Source: the human T2T-CHM13v2.0 reference genome, Homo sapiens
Length of the DNA stretch: 64,000 nt
Strand: one strand, 5' to 3'
Assembly (NCBI RefSeq): GCF_009914755.1
Contig: NC_060933.1
Shown in pieces: positions 34,308 to 52,190 of this stretch (positions within the stretch are counted from its first letter, which is position 1; every line of letters begins with the position of its first letter). The notes below the pieces were generated by a model. It had not been told where the DNA came from. It saw nothing but the letters and a program-made list of their open reading frames with translations, and did no database searches. The position numbers and the translations under genes are program-made.

Positions 34308-34572
34308 TATACAGATATTTAGCTGCACTTAGTGGGTAGAGTAGAAAGGAATACATTTACTCCATCCTTCCCCTGGGTAATGCATTCTGTATTTTATTAA
34401 ATCCTTCCCTAAGAAGAGTCATTAACCTATTCTATATGATCTTCTAGAATATTTCTACTTTTGTTTTGATAATTAGGTCTTAAGCCAACTGAATTCGACT
34501 TTTTGTTTTGTTTTGATCTATATGGATACCTCAAGATCCTTTCCTCATTGTTCTCCAGTGTCATCTATCTAA

Positions 34573-34883
<311 letters not shown>

Positions 34884-35921
34884 TCATGTTTTTTTCTTTA
34901 ACTTTCTACTCTGTTTCACTAATTTACTAAATCATCCCACCCCCCAGCTCCATGCTACTTAGCTACACAGCACTTTACATAAAGCCTCAATATCTGGTAG
35001 AGCAGCAAATCCTCCTGTATCACTCGTTTTTATGAATGGGATTGTGTTTGGTATAGCGTTACCTCTTTACAGATGTATCCTGACTTGAATTTATTATATA
35101 GGTGTTTCCTCTCTTTTTTCTTTGATAGAGTTAGCTGAAGTTTAATTCATTTTATTTTTCTTGTAAGAAACATTCCATTTCTGTTTTCCATTTTATTTTT
35201 AATTTTACTTTTAAATTCTTCTGTTTTCACTATTGTATTTTTGATGCTGTTCTTGCTTAATTAATGAGACTACGAACTTCCTTCTGTCCACTACTTTAGC
35301 TATACCTGATGGTTTCTAACTTGCAGTTACAATTATTTCATTACAGAAATCAAATCCAAAATTGCATTACACTTTTTTGTATATTGTTTAAAAGAGATAC
35401 TAAAATTTTTTCAAGTGGATTTTTTTCATTTTATTATTAATTTCTAGATTTATCAAACTAGGTTCAGAGAATACTGTTTGTGTTTATTCTAATTTGTTAG
35501 ATTTATTGAGGTTTTCTCTTTAGACTAATAGTATACTCTATTTTATCATTATTCAATTAAAACATGAAAGTTTTGTTTTTTGCATTAGCATACATATACA
35601 CAAATGTATGGTTCACTTTAATACAAATGTAATTTATAGCCTCTCTAGGCATATTTATTTAATGTCCACTGTACCTACTGTTTAATCAGATGAGACATTA
35701 TGATGTCCTAATTCTAATGAGTTTTAAGTTCTTAGAACTCCATTATTTTATGTTTTAGAAACATTGATATTATATTATTTGGTGCACTCATTCAAATCCT
35801 TAAAGGTTTTCATTTCCCTGTGCTCTTGAATGAGAGCTTTTCCTACTTTAATGAATTTCTTGCCTGAATTCAAATCTGAATGATATAGAACATGAAACCT
35901 ACATTATTTTATCTTTATTGA

Positions 35922-36231
<310 letters not shown>

Positions 36232-36560
36232 CAACTTTACTGATCTTTTATAATGATCTTTCTATGTTACTTATTTAGGGATATCCTTTTTAGACAATCA
36301 ATATGATCCAATAATTTACATTTAGTGACTCAGCAACATACTTGATCTAAATTATGTCACTCTTTATGTGATGCTATTTGTTGGTATGGCTTCAAACAAA
36401 AACCTTAATTGTGCTTCACTTCTAATAAGATGATTTTACTTTTTTATTCTAAAAATGACATTGAAAACTATAACTTTTTAAGATTTCTGCAATCATTTAT
36501 TTGTACAAAGCCTAATAGGCATATAAAAAGATGCCTGATATCATTAGTGACCAGGGAAAT

Positions 36561-36953
36561 TGTTATAGACTTATTTGTGTCCTTCCCAAATTCTTATCTT
36601 GAAGCCCTAACCCCCAGTGTAACTGTATTTGCAGACAAGGCCTTCAAGGAGGCAAAAAGGGTAAAAATGAGGTCACAGGAAAGGACCCTAATCCAGTAGT
36701 ACTGATATCTTTATAAGAAGCGGAAGAAACACCAGAGTATTCTCTCTCTCCCACTGCATGTGCACAGAGGAAAGGCCACATGAACACACAGCAAGAAAGT
36801 GGCTGTCTTCAAGCCAGGAAGAGACGCTTCACCAGAAACCAACTTATTAGTACTTTCATTTTGGACTCCCAGCCTCCAGAATCATGAGAATTTCTGTTGT
36901 TTAAACTACCCAGCCTATGGTATTTTATTATGATAGCCCTAGCTGACTAATAC
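36561..36953 (+). mobile_element. MLT1A-like MaLR LTR inside an L1MB/MC 3' end (about 36510-37950)
   Basis: tgttatagac...gaagccctaacccccagtg...gctgactaataca. Confidence 0.7.
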
Positions 36954-37578
36954 AGAAATGTACATCAAAACCACAGTGAGATATCAGTTCACATCCACTG
37001 GGGTGGCTAGAATCAAAAAGTCAAACAATAACAAGCATTGGTGAGGATGTGGAGAAATCAGAACCCCCATATGCTGTTGTTAGGAACAGAAAAATGCTGC
37101 ATTTAGAAAAACCGTCTGGTGGTTCCTCAAACAGATAAAGACACAGATACCATATGACCCAGCAGTTTCACTCCTAGGAATATACACAAGAGAAATAAAA
37201 CCAATTGTCCATGCAGAAACCTGTAAATAAATGTTTATATTAGCATTATTTGTAGGTGGAATCCCAAATATCTACTGACTGATAAATGGACAAACAGGTG
37301 GTACATCCATACAACGGGACATTATTTGGCCATAAAAAGAATGAAACATGTATTTTATATCAGTTGTAAACATTATGCTAGGCAAAATAAACCAATCACA
37401 AAAGACCACATATATGATCCAATTTATACAAAATGTCTAAAATAGGCATATTTATAGACACAGAAGTAGACTGTGGTTACCTAGGGCTGCAGAGGGCAGG
37501 GGGGATGGGACAGTGATAACTAAAGGGTACACGTATGTTTGAGGTGATGAAAATTAACTGTGGTGATGTCTGCATATA

Positions 37579-37890
37579 CAGTCATCCCCTGGTATCCATG
37601 GGGAATTGGTTCCAGGATTCTCTTAAATACCAAAATCCACAAATGCCCAAGTCCTTGATACAAAATGGCATAGTATTTGCATATAACCTATGCACATCCT
37701 CTTGCATACTTTAAATCATCACCATATTAATTATGCTACCTAATACAATGTAAATGCCATGTACATAGTTGTTATACTATATTGTTCAGGGAATAGTGAC
37801 AGGAAAAAAATGTCTATACATGTTGAATGAAAGTGCAATATTTCTTCCCTGAATAGTTTTGATCTGTGGTTGCTTGAAGTCACTGACCTG
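37579..37890 (+). mobile_element. MER2 (TcMar-Tigger MITE)
   Basis: TA-cagtcatcccctggtatccatgggg...gcatataacctatgcacatcctc...ctg-TA. Confidence 0.8.
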
Positions 37891-38019
37891 TACACTTTAA
37901 AGGAGTGAATTGTAGGCATGTGAATTATATCTCAATAAAGCTGTTCCAAAAAAACTTTCAAAGGTGCTCTCCCTCTAAAGACTAAGTACCCCCAGGTACT
38001 TCTGTTAATGCCCACTCAC

Positions 38020-38115
38020 CTGGGTACCTCTGGTTCAGGAATTCATCTTCTAAAGACCATGGCTCTTCTCCTTTCTCCAACTTGGAGATCACCTTGGGTT
38101 TAGTAATGCAATATC
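38020..38115 (-). CDS. ZNF658B: KRAB-B exon (96 bp)
   Basis: tttaCAG|GA TAT TGC ATT ACT AAA CCC AAG GTG...TAC CCA G|GTGAGT; translates (G)YCITKPKVISKLEKGEEPWSLEDEFLNQRYP. Confidence 0.92.
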
Positions 38116-38214
38116 CTGTAAACAAAATAATTGACATGGACCAGATTCACAGGCTTTTGGATTTCCAAAGGGAAAAAAAAGATATGGCAGCAAAGCATTA
38201 ACTGAGGGTGTTCA

Positions 38215-38529
<315 letters not shown>

Positions 38530-39759
38530 TTATCACAACAAATATAACAACGGTTTGTTCAAGGGTTCAGAATTGGGTGACACAGAAAATATCTTTGAGA
38601 GCTACTACTAAAATGAATGGTTATAAAGGCCTATTTTAGACCCAAAATTGTCTTAACATATGTAACTCAAAACATTTTTTAACTTGCCATAATTTCTCTA
38701 TGTATTTATGAATTCTAGGTTTTTGTAAGACAAAAAAAAATCAATGTAAAACAACTTCCTTCCAACCACCTCCTTCCTTCTTCCACATCTCCGCAAATTA
38801 TCCGGGGTAGTCTCTAGGACATTCACACCCTCCCTGGACATCATCACTGTAAATTCTGGGGGCTAAGGAAGAGATATATGTGAAGTCTGGAGATACCCTG
38901 ACCAAACTTTATATAGGGTAGAGCAGGTGAAGAGCAGAGAACAGCTACAATAGTTGTAACCAAAGAGACTGGCACAAAAGAACACTTTCTACACTGAGGT
39001 CACAGCAATGGATGTAAGAATAGGGATATAATCACAGAAGAGAAGCAACACCCATTTAATACAATACTTTCTTGTACAGCTACTCAATCTAGCTGTATGA
39101 GAAGCTCCTTTTAAAAAAATTTTGTTTTTAATTGACAGAAAGACAAATATTTCAAATTATAGTCACTTATATGTGGAACCTAAAAAGTTCAAACTCATAG
39201 ATGTAGACAGTAGAATGGTGGTTACCAGAGGCTGGGGGTGAGGGGTGAGGAATGGGGAAGCATTGGTCCAAGGGCACAGAGTTTCAGTTACATAAGAGGA
39301 ATAGTTTTTGAGCTATTGCACAGGATGATGACTAGAGTGAAAAATAAAGTAATGTATATTTCAAAATAAGCAGCTGCTTGGTGGTGCCAAAACTGGTATC
39401 TGGGAAAGAAGAAAACGTGTTAGAAGATTCAGTGAGAGTTCTGTTCATGTTGATACGTAGCTAGAACTGTTCGTTCAACCAGGATACATATGATTTTAGA
39501 ACACAGAAGGTAAGATGGGGATGAAGATAAGCATTTAGGATTTACTAGCAATTTAGGTGGTGAGTAAAATTAGCAGAGACAGACAGCTCCTTGAGCACAC
39601 AGGGATTGAAGAAAGAAAAGAACCAAAAACAACACCTGAGGAACCACAAAGCAGAAAAAGTACAGGCCACAAAGCCAGAGATGTTTTCCAAAAAATAATA
39701 ACAGAATCAGGAGGGGGCAGAGTCTTAGAAATTGAGAAAAGAGAAAGTTTCCACAACAA

Positions 39760-42240
39760 GAAGACTTCAAATTCAAATTAGCAAGTGATGACGGTGAAGA
39801 TACTGAAGATCCAAGAAAATTCCTTCTTCCATAAAAGCAACGAGAAACCGGCAAAAACTGCAGAATCAACTTTTTCAGAACTCTAGAAGCTACCAAAGGC
39901 TTACAGCAATCTGCGGAACATTGATATGAGAAAAACAGCTGCATCACAGTAAGAACAATGATCTTGTGTCATTTCAACCTGCCCTATATCCATCCCTCTC
40001 ACTCCCACTCGGCATTAGCTTTGAGAAACATCTGAAACAACAGGAGAATCCAGCGGCCTGGTATCCACTGGATGAGGCAGACTGGGTCACAGGTTGGCCA
40101 AAGCCTCACTCCCAGAAAACCCTCATTATCTGACCTAATCTGTGGTTCCCTGGAAGAGCTGACTTGAAAGGCTGATTGAATTAAGTCAGAGTTCCCCAGT
40201 GTGAAAAGCCTTATTCTTGAAGGCATTTGCCAAAAACATTCAAAGGCAATTGTTTAACTCAGCAGCTAACTGAGGCGGTGGATAACACCTGACATAAATA
40301 ACAGCCTAATTGAAAAGCTTTTTAGAAAGGAAAAACTGGAGAATGGGATGTTCATAAAGCTTTTGAAAAGCTCCTATAGATTCTAGAGACTCTAGGTCAC
40401 CTACATGCATAGAGCTGAGCATATGCCCAGGGCTGTGATTATGCTCTGGAAAGATGTGAGAAGGCCCTAAACTGTCACCCTGGGTGACCCTAGGGTTTGG
40501 GGTGAACTGGAAGTGAAGGAAGTGAAGGTTAACATGGGGTTATAAATTGCCTGGATGTCTGTTGAAGGAATGCCCCAGCACTCATGAGGCTCTTTGGCAA
40601 AGACTGAGAGCCTTACTTAAGGTTTCAGGCATTTAAGAAAATTTCTGCAGACTTCTGCGGCCACACATGACAATAAACACAGGCTCTACTGAATCAATTA
40701 AAAAGTCACTAGACAAATTTCAACAACAACTCCTGCAAATCAAGAAAGTTTTCTAGAGTTGCCACCGTATTTAAAATGTATAGTTTTCAACAAAAAATGC
40801 AAAACAAGAAAAGAAACAACAAGTAAGACCCATATGCAGGAAAAAAGTACAATCAATAGAAACTACTCACCAGGAAGCAGGCATTGGACTTAAACAGACG
40901 ATGACTTTAAATCAGCTATGTTACATATGGTCAAAGACTTAGAGGAAATGATATGTAAGGACCAAAGGAAAGTATTAGAATAATATCTCACCAGATAAAG
41001 GATATAAATAGACAGAAACTATAAAAAGGGACCAAATAGAAACTCTAAAGTTGGAAAGTACAAAACTAAAACAAATATTTTACCAAAAACACCTGTTCAA
41101 CAGCAGGTCTGAACGGGTAGAATGAAGCAACTGGACAACATGCCCACTGAGATTATGCAGTGAGAAACAGAAGGAAAAATAACAAGAAATGAACAGTTGG
41201 ACAGCATCAAGCTTATCAACATATGCCAAATAGACTAACAGAATGGAGACAGAAAGGGTCTAAAACAATATCAGAAGTAGTAATGGCCAAAAAACCCCAC
41301 AAATCTGAAATAAATGATAAATCTACATGCCCAAAATGCTTCACAAACTTTAAGTAGGATAAACTTGGAGAAAGAAATCCACACTCGCTGGGAGCAGTGG
41401 CTCACACCTGTAATCTCAACACTTTAGGAGGTAGGCAGATCACTTGAGGCCAAGAGTTCAAGACCAGCCTGGCCAACATGGTAAAACCCCATCTCTACTA
41501 AAAATACTAAAATTAACCAGACATGGTGGTGAATGTCTGGAATCCCAGCTACTTAGGAGGCTGAGGCACAAGGATTGCTTGAACCCAGAAGGTGGAGGTT
41601 ACAATGAGCCGAGATCATGCCACTGCACTCCAGCCTGGGTGACAGAGCGAGAGACTGTCTCAAAAAAAAAAAAAAAAAGAAAGAAAGAAAGAAAAGAAAA
41701 AGAGAAAAGAAAAAAGAAAAGAGAAATCCACACCTGGACATGAGAATCAGAGTGTTAAAAAGACAGACAATCGGAAAGCTGTAACAGAGAAACAAGTCAT
41801 CGTATTACAGGCTGATTTATAATGAGAAACTATGGAGGACAGAGGGCAATGGGATGACATATTCAAAGTGCTGAAACAAAGACTGTCAACCAATAACCTC
41901 TATATCCAGGAAAAATAGAGAAACTGGAATTTTCCCAGGTAAACAAAACCTGAGAGAATTCATCACAGGCAAGACTGCCTATAAGAAATAATAAAGGGAG
42001 TGGTTCAGCAAAACTATGGAGATAGAGGAGTAGGTTAGTGGTTGTTTGGGGCTCAGAGGGAATCAAATGGTAGTTACAGTGTACACAGCTTCTTTCTAAG
42101 GGAATAAAAATGTTCTAAAATTGACTGCAGTGATATTAGCACATTATCTGAGAATGTACTAAAAAAAATCACTGAATTCTACACTTTAAATGGGTACATG
42201 GTAAGATACATGAATTGAATCTCAAAAAAAAGCAGTTTTA
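39760..42240 (+). mobile_element. Old L1M 5'/ORF1 and 3' fragments
   Basis: Decayed L1 ORF1-like A-rich sequence. Confidence 0.55.
41386..41720 (+). mobile_element. AluS/J with long A/GA tail
   Basis: Alu body; TSD agaaatccacac. Confidence 0.9.
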
Positions 42241-43184
42241 AAAAAAGAAAAAAACAAGGGAAGACAAAATCATTTGGAGACAACAGAGAAGACTAAAGAG
42301 CCAAGGACAGAAACTGAGGCTGAGCCGAGTGACAGGACAAGGAAGGTGGCTCCATGAAGACATCAGCCGGGGAAGGACCAGTGAGGGGCAAGTATCACTA
42401 ACGGAAATGTTCCAGGACAGAGTGAGACATTGAGGCAAGTGCTGCGGAAAAGCCAAGCAAGTTAAGGAAAAGACCACGTCCACTGGATTTGATTATACTA
42501 TGGGTAGGGACACTGGAGGTCCCAGGCAAGTGGCAAGAAAAAATCAAGGCATCCCGTGGAGAGTTGACGTTAAATGCTAAGTGTGGAAATATCTGAAAGA
42601 GAACAATTTTGGACCATCTGCTGAGCAACCTGAATATCATGGGTACTCAAAATATTTATGGAGAGTGATTTTAAAGACATTCAGTTGATTCATCAGAAAA
42701 ATGTTAAATTCAACCCTTGCACTGGAGTACTTGAAAAATAGTACTGAACGTGTTCAAATTTAGCATTACAATTTCTACTTCTATTGAAGAAGTAATATTC
42801 TGTTATTTGGCAATTTATTAACTAAGTCACCTACTTGAAGAACAATAAATACATTTTGTTATCTTTATGTTTATATTCCATGATAAATCAGTTGGCTTTA
42901 TCTTTCTCATCAATGTAAACCTTTAAGTATTGTCTGTCTGACACTCCACCATGACTGTCAATAACCTCAGAAATAAATCTGAAGCTTAATTTGGTAAATT
43001 TGTAACATCGGAGGATCTGCATCTATCCACATGCCACTTTGCTCTGCTATTCATCTGCATTTCTACATCTTCTAGGAATGTGTCTGATCCATCTCTATTT
43101 CTACTTTTCCATGTTAATGTACGGACACATAAACCCTTACAAAACCTATTGTAAAATAAACCGGTTTTTAAAAACCTAACTCAC

Positions 43185-43199
43185 CTGAGACATGTTCAT
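43185..43199 (-). CDS. ZNF658B: Start-codon segment (MNMSQ) of exon 2; whole exon is 43185-43243
   Basis: AAA ATG AAC ATG TCT CAG|GTGAGT, phase 0 matching the KRAB-A exon; acceptor tctttcctcctccccAG at 43244-43245. Confidence 0.85.
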
Positions 43200-43732
43200 T
43201 TTCTGCTGCTCCTGGAAGAGTGTAGAGGACTGTGGAGGTTCAGCTGGGGAGGAGGAAAGAGCAGTGGGGTCATGAGAGACCTGGTCTGCCTCTCAGTTCT
43301 TACAGAGATGGTCCCTGACATGAGATGGTTCGACTTGATAATGGTTTTACTGCGACATAACCCCACTGTAATCAAGGAGCATGTAATCCTATTCATGTGC
43401 CTAAAAAAAAAATCATCGCACTCAGCTGGAGAAAAGGATTCCCAATGCAGAATGTCCCTTTGACTCTTGAAAAGGGACAAGAAAGACCACTCAAAGATAG
43501 CCACACCTGAATATGTGCATCTCTGATACGATTATGTGCGCTTAAACTTACATTTTCACTGAGTAAAGTAATACTGTTTTTTGTTGATTTACTAATAATT
43601 ATGTTGATTTATTAACAATTATGTTCCCTTTTGACTAAGAAAAAAGTAAAAATAAAACAAAGGATTAAGCAAGTTCAGGTACACAGAGATGAAGCTGTTT
43701 ACCTTCATTAAAGCTAATGTCAAAGAACTATT

Positions 43733-43885
43733 CAGCCGGGTGTGGTGGATCATGCCTGTAATCCCAGCAGTTTGGGAGGCCGAGGGGGGTGAACTGCTGG
43801 AGGCCAAGAGTTCAAGACCAGCCTGGTCAACATGGCGAAATCCTGTCTCTACTAAAAATAGAAAAAAATATAAAATAAATAAATT
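43733..43885 (+). mobile_element. Alu left monomer (FLAM-like or truncated)
   Basis: Left arm followed by an A-rich tail. Confidence 0.8.
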
Positions 43886-44293
43886 TTAAAATAATTTTTT
43901 TAAAAAAGAACTACTCAGGCTGACTTAATCAAGTTCTTACTGCCTTTACACCCAGAATTAGCACTTCCACGGAAAAAATAAAGATGGGATGTTTTATGCA
44001 AGGAATTTCAGGCCCAATATTTTTGGGCTTCCAATATAGGAAATTCTTCCTCTACTACCCGGAAAGAGGCAGCATTAGTATCACTCTAAATGCCACATGT
44101 GGTGATGAACACGGTGTGAGAGGGACTCACAATGTGGAAGAAGTGAAGGCAGAAAGGAAACTAGGCTGCCGTTTGGGATCTGGACAGCTGATTACATCTT
44201 CCCTGGATATCATGACCTAACCAGCCCTCCAGTAAAGTGTCTTTTTCCACCCAGCTTGATAGTCACTCATCCCTCTCAACCCCTGGGAATTGC

Positions 44294-44565
44294 CTTCTGC
44301 AAGTTAGTCCACAGCAAAGTCACACGGTCTGTGATGGCTTCTGGATGTGGCAACATCACGAAATCTGATGCATATATAAGGAGTCAACAACTGCCTCTGG
44401 GGAAGCAGTCAGGACCTGCTCCTTTCTAGAATCTTCTGCCTCTGCTCTGACGCTCTAGAAGAGGTCTCCGTCATATGGGCTGTTCTTCTATGGCAGTAGG
44501 CCCTAGGACTCCCTCTTGACTGCCTCATAGGAGCTGCTTTGCTCCAGAGGGGCTGGGACTTAGGC
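44294..44565 (-). pseudogene. Decayed exon homologous to the first coding exon of ZNF510
   Basis: ATG at 44356 reads MLPHPEAITDRVTL, then in a shifted frame VD*LAE; candidate acceptor gtttgtttctcAG at 44566-44567; donor AAG|GCAATT. Confidence 0.6.
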
Positions 44566-44790
44566 CTGAGAAACAAACTCAATTGAAACCTTCACCTAAT
44601 ACCCTAAACCTGACTCTTGAGATTCACTAGAAATGTGCTATCCAGCACTGCAGCCATCAGCCACATAGAACCATTGAACACCTGAAGTTTGGCCAGTGCT
44701 ACAAGTCGAATATTTAGGAAGTAAAATAAAGCAGTAAAACTGACTTTGTCTGCCTCTTCTTTTTACTGTAGCTACTGAAAAATTCTAAAC

Positions 44791-45084
44791 TTTTTTTTCT
44801 TTTTTGAGACAGAGTCTCACTCTGTCACTCAGGCTGGAGTGCAGTGGTGCAATCTCGGCTCACTGCAGCCTCCGCCTCGGGTTCGAGCGATTCTCCTGCC
44901 TCAGCCTCCCAAGTAGCTGGGATTACAGGAGTGCACCACCACGCCCGGCTAATTTTTTTATTTTTGTAGAGATGGGCTTTTGCCATGATGGCCAGGCTGG
45001 TCTCGAACTCCTGGCCTCAAGTGATCCACTGGCCTAGGCCTCCCAAAGTGCTGGGATTACAGGCATGAGCCACCGCGCCTGGCC
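44791..45084 (-). mobile_element. AluS
   Basis: Alu body; TSD aaaaattct. Confidence 0.9.
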
Positions 45085-45926
45085 AAAAATTCTGATTTAT
45101 ATTTGTGTTTTGCCTTATCTTTCTATTGGACAGCACAGCACCAGAATATCAATCTGTGCCTTTGAGGAGACAGCGGGAACAGTACAAGAGGATTCAGGAG
45201 CCTCAGCCTGAATCAGAGACCCGACAAATCGCAGAATGTATCTACCACTTGGTGAGATTCTGTCCACATTTACTTCACAATCATCTACACAGATCTGGTG
45301 ACAGGCCACTCTGCATAAGCGCTCTGAAGGCTTTAGGCAGGTACTGGCAAGTCTGGGTTTCAGGCAGACAGCATGTTAGAACGAGCAGGACAGGGAGTCC
45401 TGCATTTGCATCTCTCAGCATTTGCATCTCACCTCTCTCACCTACTAGTGTGTGCCCTGGGGTACCCATCCCCATGAACTTTCGTCCATTTTTTTAAAAT
45501 GGCACGTTTATACCAAAGAGGTCGTTGTGAGGGTCAGGTGAAATACCAAACGATGAGAATAAGTGTCTCATAATTGTGAGAGCAGCTTACATTTCACATA
45601 GTGACTATTACAGACACTTAACAAAATGCTTTACAGGTGACAACTTATTTAATTTTCAGAATAGGAACACGAGTTACTAGTAACCTCCTCCTGTTCGCCG
45701 TCAACCTCATCCACGCACATTCCTCTTCCCGGCCCGCAACCCCGCGGGGCCCGGCAGCCCCTACACCTGCGGACAGGACTCGGCCTGGGCCCGCGCACTG
45801 GGCCGGGGAGGAGAGGGGAGGGCCATCCTGGGGACTCCTGAGACTGCCTGCTGCTGTCCTCCGCACACAAGCCCGCCCGTCCCCAGGTTCCTGGGCCGCG
45901 CGGAGCCCTGTCACCGACGCTCTCAC

Positions 45927-46060
45927 CCCAGGTGCGCAGCCTGGGCTCCCGCGCAGACCTAAAGACTCGGACACCGTGTCCCTTTCAGGCCCGGGAGGGC
46001 AGACGGCAGGAGGTGGGGCTGGGTTTACACATGCGCAGAGCGAGCCCCGAAGCCCCATTC
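45927..46060 (-). other. Probable non-coding exon 1 (TSS approximate)
   Basis: Donor GGG|GTGAGA at 45927/45926 inside the CpG island, just downstream of promoter motifs. Confidence 0.5.
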
Positions 46061-46115
46061 CCAAAGTGCTGCGCGGTAGGCGCGTTAACATTGAAAACTA
46101 CAGTTCCCGTAAGCC
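46058..46115 (+). promoter_or_regulatory. ZNF143/SBS-like site (46058-46075) and ACTACAnnTCCC ZNF143/THAP11 motif (46097-46115); partial NRF1-like CACATGCGCA at about 46028-46037
   Basis: TTCCCAAAGTGCTGCGCG and ACTACAGTTCCCGTAAGCC match the known motifs by eye. Confidence 0.65.
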
Positions 46116-46986
46116 CGTGCGTCCGAAGGAAGTACTATAATTTTTTCTGCTGCTTTGACCGGCTGGGAGGGACCTTCGGAGCCCAGGGATTTCCCAAATT
46201 CCCGGAGGTTGTCAGCATGACCACAAACTGCGAAGCGTGGTTCTTGATGCGATCCTGGTTGGAGAAAAAAGCACCTGAAACAGACATTAACAATTGGGGA
46301 AACATGACTATCGACAGGACATTAGAAATATTAAATAAAATTACCGTTACTTTGAGAATAATAGCTAGACGATGTAGGACATTGTTCTTATATTTAAAAG
46401 ATATGTACAGAAACATTTACAATTGTATGCTTGTAGTTTAATTGAAATACTTTAAAAATTTCTCAAAACAATGAAAGCAGATATAGTAATAAGTGAAGAA
46501 TTGTTAAATCTGTATAATACGTGCTTATGATGCTCATTTTACTATTTTCTACCATTCTGAGGGTCTGATTTTTTTTTTTTCATACTCAGTAAAAGACGTG
46601 TGGGGCAGTGCAGTGCAGGGGGAGTGGAGAGGCTTTACTATCCCTTCGGAAGTATGCCGTTAAATTCAAAGTTGCCAAGGGAAGTAAAAGTACATAAAAA
46701 TAGCTTTATGAATAAGGTTGTGAAATCGAACAAATACTAGAAAACATAAACGAGTAACATCTGTGATCAGCAGGGTTTATGGGGGTTGGAGGAGGAAGCT
46801 AGCTGTTCAAAATACATATGTGATGCGTGAAAACACATGCAACCCAAAATATGAAAATGATTATTACACCAACCTTGCATTTTCATGAGGAAACCTTTTT
46901 TGAAACGTGTATACCCATCTGACTGTTTAAAGAATTAGGAATAGATAGGTACTATAACTTTTTTTTAATTTTTAATTGATAGACTT

Positions 46987-47567
46987 TTCTTATTTTATTT
47001 TATTTTATTTTATTTTTTTGAGATGGGTTTTGCTCTGCCGCCCAGGCTGGAGTGCAGTGGCGCTGTCTCGGCCCACTGCAACCTCCGTCTCCGGGCTCAA
47101 GCTACTCTCCCACTTCAGCCTCCTGAGTAGCTGAGACTGCAGGTGTAGGCCACCATGCCTGGCTAATTTTTTTTTTTCTTTCGAGACGGATTTTCACTCT
47201 TGTTGCCCAGGCTGCAGTGCAATTCTCGGCTCACCACAACCTCCGCCCCCTGGGTTCAAACGATTCCCTGCCTCAGCCTCCCAAGTAGCTGGGATTACAG
47301 GCATGTGCCACCACGCCCAGATAATTTTTTGCATTTTTAGTAGAGACAGGGTTTCACCATGTTGGCCAAGCTGGTCTCAAACTCCTGAACTTAGGTAATC
47401 CACCTTGCCTCGGCCTCCCAAAGTGCTGGGATTACAGGCGTGGGCCACTGTGCCTGGCCTTTTGTATTTTTTTTTTGTACAGATGGGGTTTCACTATGTT
47501 GCCCAGGCTGGTCTCAAACTACTGGGGTCAAGCGATCTGTCCACCTCAGCCTCCCAAAGTGCTGGGA
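46987..47567 (-). mobile_element. AluS (about 47168-47459) inserted in the middle A-rich linker of an AluJ
   Basis: J right arm, then a complete S element, then J left arm. Confidence 0.85.
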
Positions 47568-47846
47568 TATTAATAGATGTACAGAGCAGTTTTAGGTATA
47601 CAGAAATATTGAGCAGAAAGCACAGAGTTCCCATATACCTCCGCTCATCAACCCACACACAGTTTCCCCTATTATTAATATATTGCATTAGTTTAGTACA
47701 TTTAAAATACATAGTTTATATTAGCTTTCATTCTGTCTGTTCTACAGTTCTGAGTTTTGCCAAATGCATGTCTTTTAGTGCGATTTCCACCAATGCAATG
47801 ATGTAATATCCACCATTACAGTATCATAAAAAATAGTTTCACTGCC

Positions 47847-48272
47847 TGATATGGTTTGGATTTGTGTCCCCGCCCAAATCTCATGTCAAATTAAAGGAGG
47901 GGCCTGATGGGAGGCGATTGGATCATGGAACAGATTTCCCCCTTGCTGTTCTGGTGATAGTGGATTCTCACAAGATCTGATGGTTTAAAAGTGTGTGGCA
48001 CTTCCCCCTTCGTTCTCTCTTTTGCTTTGCCATGGTAAAGATGTGATTGCTTCCCCTTCACTTTCTGGCATGATTGTTAGTTTCCTGAGGCCTCCCAGTC
48101 ATGCTTCCTGGTAAGCCTGCAGAACTATGAGTCAATTAAACCTCTTTTCATCATAAATTACCCCATCTCAGGTAGCTGTTTATAGCAGTGTGAGAATGGA
48201 TTAATACAGAATTTGGAACCAGGAGTGGGGTACTGCTATAAAGATACCTGAAAATGTGGAAGCAACTTTGGA
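47847..48272 (+). mobile_element. MSTA LTR (47847-48208) plus the start of the MST internal sequence
   Basis: tgatatggtttggatttgtgtcccc...ggattaataca then gaatttggaaccaggagtggggtactgctataaagatacctgaaaatgtggaagc. Confidence 0.8.

Positions 48273-52190
<3,918 letters not shown>

Larger units (their letters stand above)
45690..46260. promoter_or_regulatory. CpG-island promoter of the ZNF658B locus
   Basis: Only GC- and CpG-rich non-repeat segment in the window; lies at the 5' end of the minus-strand gene. Confidence 0.85.

Noticed and set aside
45637-46441. 148-169 aa ORFs across the CpG island
   Set aside because: GC-rich stop-poor sequence, non-ATG starts, no recognisable domain
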